A DNA stretch of 64,000 nt from Octopus sinensis (Eukaryota), in the NCBI RefSeq assembly GCF_006345805.1, contig NC_043021.1, positions 5,518,001 through 5,582,000 on the forward strand, read 5' to 3'. The translations under genes were made by a program, and so were the position numbers. Shown here piece after piece: positions 37,008 to 47,800 of this stretch. The notes beneath the pieces are model-generated. The model searched no databases. It saw only the letters and a list, made by a program, of their open reading frames with translations, and had not been told where the DNA came from. Every line of letters starts with the position of its first letter. The stretch's first letter is position 1.

Positions 37008-37470
37008 TCACTCCCCTTATTAGCTTGTACTTGGGTGTAGATGTTAAAAATGGATTGGTTAGTGTATGGGGGCTTGTAGATGTCAATGTCCCTAGAGTAC
37101 CATACAGCACAAAATACCTTGTGGTGTTTCATTGGGTGATTTACTTTCATAGTTCTGTGCCCCACCTTTTCTTCAGTTTGTTGCTCTGCACTGGTATTAG
37201 AAATAGCAGTCATGTACGTTCCTTTAGCTTCTGAGTTCAAAGTCCAGCCAGGTAGTGTGTGGGTCGGCAAAGGTCATCTTCTGGCAAAAACCTTCCAAGC
37301 ATGGGTCAATATAAGTGCTTGTCCAAGTACTGGGTACAGGGCTTAATTAACTACACCCTTCTACTAAAACTTGTGACTAGCATCCACCACTTCCACAACC
37401 ACCAGTACCATCTTCATCATCATCATCATTAGTAAGAGCACACATCTTTTTTTTTTCATGCCACACCAAA

Positions 37471-37522
37471 TCATCATCATCATCGTTTAACGTCTGCTTT
37501 CCATGCTAGCATGGGTTGGACT
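37471..37522 (-). mobile_element. Very short RTE-tail insertion
   Basis: (CAT)n-cgtttaacgtctgctttccatgctagcatgggttggac. Confidence 0.75.
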
Positions 37523-37813
37523 AAATCATTGTCATAGCAGAATGTATTAATTAGACACCATACCATAATTAGGACAGATAGTATCAACTTACTATCGTTA
37601 GGACAGACAATATTTTGCAGGGGATACACCATATTTTGGTTAGAACAGACAGTTTTTTCCAGGGGACACACCATACTTTGGTTAAGGACACAATGGTCAC
37701 AAAATGCATTTTCTGTCATCCTGTGGACAAAAATATTGAAAAATTCACTCAAGTTTTTTTTTAAATATGGCATTGTTTTATTTATTTGTTCAGTTTTTTT
37801 TTGTTGGTATCTA

Positions 37814-37848
<35 letters not shown>

Positions 37849-37939
37849 AGATGTTTAGTGCTGGTGTAGGCTGTGTGTGTTTGTCAGTATAACTCATGAT
37901 TATACTGTTTGCATATGTTGTGGCTTAGGTTTCTGTCTG

Positions 37940-38200
37940 GTCTCTCTTCTCATCTGTTTCTCTATTTTCTCTCTCCTCTTGCCTTCTCTCTATCTCCTCG
38001 TCTCTCTCGGCTCTCTCTCCTCTCTCCTCTCTCTCTCTCTCTCTTCTCTCTCTCTACTCTCCTCTCTCGCTCTCGTCTTCTCTCTCTGTCCCTCTCGCTC
38101 TCGCTCTCTCTCTCTTTCTCTCTCTCTCCTCATCTCTCTCCTCTCTTCTCTCTCTATTTGCTCTCTCTCTCTCCCGTCTCTCTCTCTCTCTCTCTCTGTA
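37940..38200. repeat. Imperfect (CT)n tract
   Basis: Direct reading. Confidence 0.95.
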
Positions 38201-38761
38201 TGTGTGTGTTTAGTTATGTGTGTGTTCGTATAATGCCCAAATAAGTGTGTACATATCAGTTCACATATGTGTATTCAGAATTTATACATGTTAATGTATG
38301 TATGTATGTGTGTGTGTATGTGTGTGAATCTATGTATACACACATTCACACACACATGAGTGTATGTGTGTTTATTTGTAAAACTTGTGCACTTTTGTGC
38401 ATGTATGCACATATGTAATGTCATTGTTTTTGTTTGTGCATATATATCAGTTTTTATAAATACTCCAACACTCTATTTTGTATATGTGTGTGTATGTGTA
38501 TGTGATAGGTATAAAAGATGTATATTTTGACAAAAAAAAGTTCCAATATCTTTTGACTGTTTTTTTTTTGTTTTTCTTTATATTATCAGAATTGATGGGG
38601 AGGTAACAACGGTGACCTCTGACCTTATCCGCCTGAGGTTGTTTGACCCAAACTGCGACTGGTCTTATAACAGTTTCATCTACGTCCCCCAAAAAAACAC
38701 CAAAACAAAAAGCAAAACAAAACAAAAAAAAATCCCTCCCTGTCATCTAAAATTCTTCTTT

Positions 38762-38795
38762 GCACCAAATTCTTCTATTTTGTTGGTTTAGCCAG
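38762..38795 (+). other. Splice acceptor region upstream of the giant ORF (tandem AGs at 38790-91 and 38794-95)
   Basis: Pyrimidine tract ttcttctattttgttggtttAG|ccAG|cggtcATG. The in-frame TAG at 38789-91 overlaps the first AG, so any N-terminal extension must come by splicing. A further acceptor-like site lies at 38588-89. Confidence 0.5.
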
Positions 38796-38800
38796 CGGTC

Positions 38801-41800
38801 ATGTATTCTATGTCGCAAACCACTTTAGCCGAGCGAGAGGGCCGAGAGAATCAAACACACAGCCGCAATAGCTCGGCGCCGTTTGTTCGGACACATACAT
38901 TGACCTCTGGCAGGATGGCCAGTTTCTCAGAAAATGGAAAGTTTTCGCATTTAGAGCACCGGTTGAATAACACTTCACAGACCTCAACCGGGGTCGAGAA
39001 TGATCAGAGTTGCTGCACTGACAGAAAGAGGGGGACTAAGACAACTGTGAGACATTCCAATTTCCAGTCTGAACTGGATTCTGTACTTAAAGCTAGATCA
39101 ACTCCGATCAAGAAAGCACCACAAATTCCGGCCCTTAGAGGTAACCCTAACAATCCGAACTCTTCTTCCACTTTTGAAACCATTCCTAACTCATCTGCAG
39201 GTAGCATTAGTAGTGTAAATAGGAAACAGTCACCAGCCCATAGCCTTTCAGATCAACCCGTATCATTTAGAGTAGCAGCCGCACCTGTACAAACGCATGC
39301 TCCTCCTTCACCCCTACCTCCTCCGCTTGACCTTCCCCCACCGCCGAATCTCCCCCGCCTCTCAGGGCCCCACCCACCAACTCGTAGTGCTTCATTGAAT
39401 GTCAAAACAGGTCAAATGTCAAATAATTTGAACAGCTCCCCATTTCGGCAGTCTGGCCGTGCGAGGTCTTCAACGAAAGGGAGCCACACGAGTAGCATCT
39501 TGAGGTCTGGCTTTTTGGATACGTCAGATCTGGAAGACTGTCGGACACCCGAGATCAGTGAACTGAATTTCTCTATAGGACACGGTACACCCGTTGCATC
39601 AGAAAGCGGATCAAGAAGCATCCAACAGCCTGCCCCCTCAGTGGATTCAAGCAGGTTTGCCTTGACTTCAAAACCAACAAGCAAAATCGATGAGCCCATC
39701 CCAGTGTATCTGAAATGCCAGACTTGGTGCAACAAAATACCTGATGCTGGAGGCAAAAAGGCACCCGTCCCTCAACCAAAAATGAGTGAAGAATTGCGAA
39801 ACATTGAATCATTTGAGTCAGCAATGTTGGACTGGTTTCAGACTATTACACAGGCAAATGACACAGATGACTTAAGATCAGAAACGTCAGTGAGTTCTGT
39901 TGGTTCGCGCAAGTCCGAATGTCGGCTCCGGTCAATCATATCCAACCGTTTCCAAACATCAGACCAAATTGAGAATGTTCTCACTGATTTACTGGCTGTC
40001 TCTGATCAATATGCACAGCTGACTGATTCAGAGTCTATAGGCCCAGCAGCTTTGGATCCTCTGGAATCAAGATATCGAACTTTTGGTCGCAAGCCTGGTT
40101 CAGCTCCCCGGTCCCGAATGTTCCGAAGAACTTCTGGATATCGAAGCGGGGATATGTCTGAAACAGAGTCCGATTCGGAGAGACCTGCACATCCAAGTAG
40201 TTACAAGACCGTCTTATCCGAACTTCAGGCAGTTTTGAGGAAAAGAAAAGTCACACCGAAAACGCCGTCTGTGGAATCTGGTTTGGGTTCCTCTGAAAAT
40301 TCTATGAAAGCTACCTCTGAGACCATGTCACCACCTATTTCCAGGCAGAGCAAAGCTTCAACCCCTCCTGCTCCACCTCCTAAACCTCAGATGGCAAAGG
40401 TACATGAAGCTAACCCAGATTCAGTCCAAACAGCCAGTAAAACCCAACGACGGCCATTAGTGAATCCAGGTGATTTTCAAGTTCTGCTGGGTGAATTAAG
40501 CACAGCATGGTCTAAGCGTCTCAGAAGAATACGGAAAGCTCAGGTAGTCTCACAGAGAGGAGGGGAAAGTTCACTGTATGCCAACTTCCAAGGGTTCCGT
40601 GTCCCTGAAACTCTGGCCAGCGATACATCATCAAAATATAAGAACTTTGAAGGTGTTCGGACTCCAGCTGAATCAATAGCTGAAGAAGATGCTGAAGATC
40701 TAAAAAATTATGAGAGTTTCGAAGCAAGAAAATCTAAATTTATGGCTAACAGCTCATCACGTCAATACGAAAGTGATCAAGAATATACAAGACCTTCGTT
40801 TGGCAGAATTCGGGGTCCTGGCATGAATAATGACATGGTGCGGCCCTCGAGGGTGTCTGTCAGAAAGCAAGCATTCCAGTCTCCAAATGAAAACCAGTCA
40901 AGGAGGAAACCTGATCTGGAGACGTGTTCACTCCAATCTTTTAGTGTCCGGCCTATTTCCAAAATGCAGAACAATGTTGGAAGTGCTGTTGTCAGTGATA
41001 ATGAATTTGATGATCGAAATGAGGGTTTTCGGAGGCATCGGTCACGGCATAACCCTGAACAACGTCGTATATGGCAAAACATTGAGTATATTCAGGTTAA
41101 TTCACGACAGACTCCTTCAAGACATGGTTCTGAGCAAAGTCTTCCACAGCTAATGACAGAATCACAGGGTCGGCCACGACGGCGTGAACGTACTCCCCAA
41201 ATTGTTGAAAACCAGTCTTCCCAGCAGCCTCTTCAACATTCTCAGTCAAGAGATGATGTCAGTTGCTCTTCCCTTCACCTTTCTAGGGATGTTTCATCCA
41301 AACCAAAAGTGGATGAACAGATCCCCTCTCCAGAAGATAGCAAGGAACAACCAAAGCATGAATCTTCTACAGTATTAACATTGTCCAATAGCAACCAAGG
41401 TCCAAAAGTGAAAGCAGTCAGTCAAAAGACAGACACTAAATCTGAATTTCATAAAAGAATTGAGCAAATTTCAGCTGATGATTCCAATAGATCTGCTGAC
41501 CCAGAAGCAAGGAAATTCTTGGTAGCTGGTGTAACAGATGTATCAAAGCAGCTACAGTCTGCAATTTCTGAAGCAACAGAGAAACCAGCACCACCAAGTA
41601 TGAAGTTATCTCCACCAGTTAATCAGAACATTGAACCCACCAAGGCACCAAACACTGATCATATGAATGTTGGGGAGGAAAAGGAGATTATTTTAGAAAG
41701 GCTACAGAAAATTGGAGATGCTAAATTTGTCAGCAAAGAAGAACTCCCAGATTTGCCAATGGATATTGTTAAAGCCAGTGCCATGATAGTAAAACCGTTA

Positions 41801-44800
41801 GTTACATCCAATCTGAAAAAATTAATTGGTGGTGGAAAGGAAGAAGAGAAACCCAAAAGCTTGGGAAAGTCTGAAGTAGTTCTTAATTTCTCTGAGACAG
41901 CTGTGCAAGAGCAGACAGTTCTGTCAGAATACGAAGACAATGTCATTTTGGGTGGCATTGAAGACAAATTAGTACTAGAAAAGAAACCAGATACTTCTGA
42001 TGGATTTGATATGGATAACAGCAGAATCTTGTCTGAAATGAATGTTGACCAAAAGATATCCCTGGAAGAGCCTAGTGAAAGTGAGCCTGTTATCAGTGAG
42101 GCCAAAGTTGAAATTACATCTACAAAAACTACAGCCATCACGGTACTTCAAAGTTCAGTCTCTGAAGAAACCAAAGCAAGTGATACTGTATTAAAGAGTG
42201 AAGGTATTACTGAAGATCAACAAGCAACAGATGGTTTGGTGGAAGATGCTGAAGATCAAGTGACTTCATCAAATATTTCTATCAGTTTAGATCATCCTGT
42301 CATAGGAATGGAAAATGTTGAAGAAAGTGACCAAGAAACAAAACACAAATCTGAGACTGTTCTCTTCCTTCCTTATACAAAAGAACCACAACAGAATGAA
42401 GTCAGTGAACCTCAACCTGTCACTGTAGACAGTTTGAAGTCATCAACTGTTGTCTTGTCTTCAATAAACACAGAACATTCCTTACCTTCTGAAAATCTCC
42501 TCATTGATTCCTTAACATACGAGAACAGTAAAGAACAAACTGAGAACTTAGAGGTAACACCTGAAGAAGCGAGTAGTATAGAAGTTGTACCAATGTCACA
42601 AGACCTGCCAGTGATACAAGATGCCAAGGTTTCTTCAGCACAAATTGAATTAGGCCAATCAGAAGACAACATCGAAGAAATAACTAATGTGTCTGTGACA
42701 TTATCTCTGGGTGGAAATTCTGATTTAAAGAAGCCAGAAGAGTCAGTGCTTAAACCAGAAGAATCACTGGTTATACCAGAAGAATCACTGGTTATACCTG
42801 AAGAATCACTGGTTATACCTGAAGAATCACTGGTTAAACCAGAAGAGTCACTGGTTAAGCCAGTAGAATCACTGGTTAAGCCAGAAGAATCACTGGTTAA
42901 ACCAGAAGAGTCACTGGTTATACCTGAAGAATCACTGGTTATACCTGAAGAATCACTGGTTATACCTGAAGAGTCACTGACTAAGCCGGAAGAGTCACTG
43001 ACTAAGCCGGAAGAGTCACTGGTTAAACCAGAAGAATTACTGGTTAAACCAGAAGAATCACTGGTTATACCTGAAGAATCACTGGTTAAACCAGAAGAGT
43101 CACTGACTAAGCCGGAAGAGTCACTGGTTAAACCAGAAGAATCACTAGTTATACCAGAAGAGTCACTGACTAAGCCTGAAGAGTCACTGGTTAAACCGTA
43201 TGAAAAAGATGAAGAAAAGGAATCTTTGGATGTGAAACAAATTTCTTGTGAGCAAGAAGACAATCAGATTGAACATGACCAACTTGTTGAAGAGAACGGT
43301 TTGAAGAAGAGTGAGGCAGAAGGAAGCAAACAAGAAACATCTGATATCTCTGAGATAATGGATACGTTTGATGACTTGCAGAAGGAATTGAGATTAATGG
43401 AATCTTCTTTGGAAGAAAACTCTGCAAAAGGTCCAACGATAGAGAGTATGCTTCAGGAGGCGTTGGTAAAGACGTATTCAATTGATGTTCTGTCACAGTT
43501 GAATCAATCTGATGAGGATAGCTTTGAACCAGGGATAATCTGTGGTCAGTGGATTAAGAAGGGGACAACAGTTAGATCTGAAAGTTCAGTGGTGAAAGAG
43601 GAATTCAGGCATGAAACTCAAGTCATAGATTTTGGGGAAGAATTGGTAAATGCTGGAGACCTGGCAGATTCTGTTTCAGAGCAATTAGACAGTGGTGAAG
43701 GTGAGTTGAAAACTGAAAATCTTGGTTTTGTAGAGCACGAGGAATTTGATTATGTTCAGAAGATCCCTAGTGATTTCATAGAAGATGAAATCTATGACAA
43801 TGTTCCAAGTGTAACAGAGGGTTCCATCCCATTTGTATCTGCTGAATCAAAGTCACCTGATGCATTGCTAACGAAGGAGGAAGAAGAACATGCAGAAAAA
43901 ATGATTCCCAGTAACATAATGTCTATGGAGACTGTAACATCTTCGAGAACATCATTTGTCTTGGAGGAAACATCTGTTCCAGCTGTATTAGAGTTTGAGG
44001 CATCCATTTCAGGGCCAACCAATTTGGAAACCTCCGCTCAGGCAACAGCAGGACTTGAACCAACGTATACCTTGACACCATTAGAGCAAGACAGTTGTAT
44101 TGTGGAACCAGCTCCAATGGTAACTCATAGAGGGATGGAGCCACCTACAGAGGTGTCAACAAGGCTGGAATCATACATGGAGTCATCAGCAGACCTGGAG
44201 TCGCATATACAAACATCAATAGACCTGGAGTCATGTACAGAAACATCAGTAGAATTTGATTCACCTTCAGTAGAATTATCAGAAAAACAGCAAGCACCCA
44301 TCGATGCATCTGCAGAGCTGGAGAGGCTTAGAATGGCACTGGCACAGATGGAGCCATCAAGTGTGATACCTCCACAGATGGAGCCATCGTCTGAGGCACA
44401 ATCACAACTGGAGGCTCTTAGAATGGCACTGGCGCAAATGGAGCCATCAAGCGCAACACCTCCACAACTGGAGTCCCCAAGCGCAGTACCTCCACAACTG
44501 GAGCCGTCGTCTGAGGCACAATCACAACTGGAGGCTCTAAGAATGGCACTGGCACAAATGGAGCCAGTAAATGCAACGCCTCAGCAACCAGAGCCATCAA
44601 ACGTCACGCTTCCACAGTTGGTGCCATCAGCCACGGCACAGTCACAACTGGAGAAACTTAGTATGGCACTGTCACAAATGGAATCATCACCTGCAGCTCT
44701 CCCACGGCTGGAGCCATCGGCTGTGGCACAGTCACAGTTGGATAAACTTAGTTTGGCACTGTCACAAATGGGGTCATCATCAGTGGCATCTTCACAGCTG

Positions 44801-47800
44801 GAGCCAAGAACAGTGGCATTATCTGAATTGGAATCATCCATTGAGGCTGTACCAACGGAGTTGCAGCTGTGTACCATGCAGGTAACAGAGGTGGAGTCGT
44901 CTACCACAGGAACAGTGGGGGTGTTCACTTTAAAAGAGCAACAGCAGATTCCTGAAATGGAAAAATCTCTTCCATTAACTGATGAGGTTGTTACTGAAGC
45001 TGCACTTTTGGTTGATGCCTCAAACAGTGAACCGCTTGAGATTCCTGTTGAAATCCATGCTGAGGTGTCTGTTGCTGATGAGCAGTTAGTACCAGATTTG
45101 GAACTGACCGAGACACAACCCGTCTCAGCAACTCCCCTTCATAAACTGCCCCAGGAATCCACTGACAATGATCCCTTGTGCAGCTCTGAAGTAACAGTAA
45201 CAAATCAAGCTGTTCTGGATGAACGTCTGACCCCTTGTTATCCTGAAACACGTGATGTGCAGAATGTTGCAGAACAGTTGGTGCCAGAAGTGGCAACGCA
45301 TCAGGCAGAGAAGTTTCCATTGTTTACAATAGAAACTGCACAGCCATCATATGAACCCGCAGACTTTGTGGCACCCTCTGAAATATTAATAGGTGAAGCC
45401 GAGTCTGAGACACAGGAAGTGTCAAAGGCACTTGAGGAGCCTGAAATATCTAACTTGGCAGCAAATGCACAGGAAGGGGTTGCAAATGATTTTAGCTTTG
45501 AGACTAAACATGTAACAGATGAAAGTAATTATTTAGAAAGAATTGATATAATCAGTCGAGATCTTCACAATTTAATGCCAGTTACCAAAGTTGACATTGC
45601 TGAAGAATTAACTGGCAATCTCTCTGATAGTTCTGATGAGATATTTCAAGACACACTTTGCGACAATTCTCCTATGTTTCGCCGAAAATACACGGAAATT
45701 GTTCGTGCAGAAATTGGAACCAGAATGGAAACACTTCACACTTATCAGAGAGACTTATTGTTGGAAATTGAGGAAGATGATGATGAAGAATTTGTTGAAG
45801 CTGAAGGAGAGGCTATGTGCTGGGAGTCTCTGAAAGAGTCTTGGAATATCCAGGGAACTTTGGAAACTCAAACAACTGTAGAGAAGTGTGATGATGATGA
45901 TGATCGATCTCTTCCGACCATTTATGAAGCAACTGAAGACCGAACGGAAGCTGTTGTTAGCAAGACTGTTGATGTCTTTGAGGGATTGGAATCAGCTGCA
46001 AATCAGTGTGTTGAGAACCTTGAGAAAACCTCCACAGAATTGGCTCTGGCAGAAGCTGATGAAATATCCATCTATTATGGGGCTGAAGTGACTGATTCTG
46101 CTGAGTGTAAGGAAGAACACGATGTCCTTGACAATGCTGTCATGGTAGAAGGAGATAAAGAACTTGTTGAAGCACTTCCTAGCTGTGAAGAACACGATGT
46201 CCTTGACAATGCTGTCGTGGTAGGAGACGATAAAGAACTTGTTGAAGCACTTCCTAGCTGTGAAGAAATAGAAGATGAATCAAAGACGGTTCAGCTAAAT
46301 GAAATGAAACGATCTGAAGCAATTACTGACTTTGGTAAAATATCTGAGAAAGAAACAGTCACAGTGAAAGAGTTTGAAGAATTTTCTGGTGAGCTATCAT
46401 CTGAAACTCCTCTCATGAAATCTGATGAGAGTTTTGGAAATCTAGTGCAATACTTGGAGTCAGATAGCATCAATGATCTTGAGGAATTTGAGCGTATTGA
46501 ATTGGCATGTGAGGAACTTTCTAAGAACAAGCTTGTAGATCTCCAAGACATGTCAAACAAAGATGAATGTGTTGAAAAGACTGAAAAGCCTCACAAAGCT
46601 AACGGTTTAGAGGAATCTTCAGACTCAGACACTATGAAGAGCCAGCAGATAATTTTAACCAAGGAATTAGAAGTAGATGAGGGTGATGAATCTGCTGATT
46701 TAATGGTTGATGCCAGTGATGCAATTAACAGAGTGAAGACCAAAGTCAGTGAACAAATATCTGTGTCTCTTCTGCAGAATAACGAGGAAATTGAAGTGGA
46801 AGATCAGATTGATTATTATGATTATATGAGATTAAGGAGCTGTGAAGAAGAACAAGTTCATGCTGCTCTCCACAGTGAGGGTGGATTATCTGAAAATGGT
46901 GAGATTAATAACAAGGATGGAAAAGTGGAACATGGAAGAGAAGTTGCTCAGAAAATATCTGTTGTTACTTCTGAACAAAATGTAGAAATAGCTGCATCTG
47001 CTGCACCGGGTGATGCATCGTTTGCAGATTATTGCAGTGAAGATGTCTCTGAGAATATTACCAGAAGTGTTTGTATTGACAATGTTACCAGAAGTGTTTG
47101 TGTTGACAATGTTGATGTGGTGAAGGACATCAGAATGGAGTCTTATTCCAAAGATAGTGAAAATGGTGAGGTACTGAAAATCGATGCCTTGAACTCCACC
47201 AATCTTTCTATTAATGCTAATGAGATATCTATCACTACAACTACAGAAGCAAATTCTATTGAAGAATCCATCAGAGCAGAAAATGGCTTGTCTGAAAAGA
47301 CAGGTTTTGTTACATCAGAAGAAAATTCCACAGAGATGGAACTGCTGGAAATCTCTGCCAAACAAGAAACATCTTTGTTGGATGACAGCAGCAATTTAAG
47401 TGGTGAAACTGTGAAAGATAACCAATGTGATATGGTGGTTGACATCAGTGTCATTAACAGTGAAGTTAAAGAAGAACAGAAGGTCCCATGTCCAGTTGAT
47501 TTGTCTGGTGTTGAAACACAAACCCTGGTGATCAATGAAAATATGGTTTTGGAATTGCCAGAAATTGATGCTGACTTGAATGTCAGTTCTGAACAGTCTT
47601 CACCAGAAAGCAGTTCTTCCGTTTCAATTTCCCAAACTGCTGACAAAGAATTCCAACAAGACCAGCTTGAAGATTTGAAAGACAACACTTCAGAATTGTC
47701 TCAAATCCAAGAGAATAGTGAGACAACAGCCGTTGCCACCACAAAGAAGAAAAGGAGAAGGAAGGCAAAGAAAAACAAAAACAACAAAGATAAACATGAA

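Noticed and set aside
42412-43263. 283-aa minus-strand ORF (TSDSSG repeats) and other ORFs antisense to the giant ORF
   Set aside because: Shadow frames of the coding repeat; no independent start or splice context.
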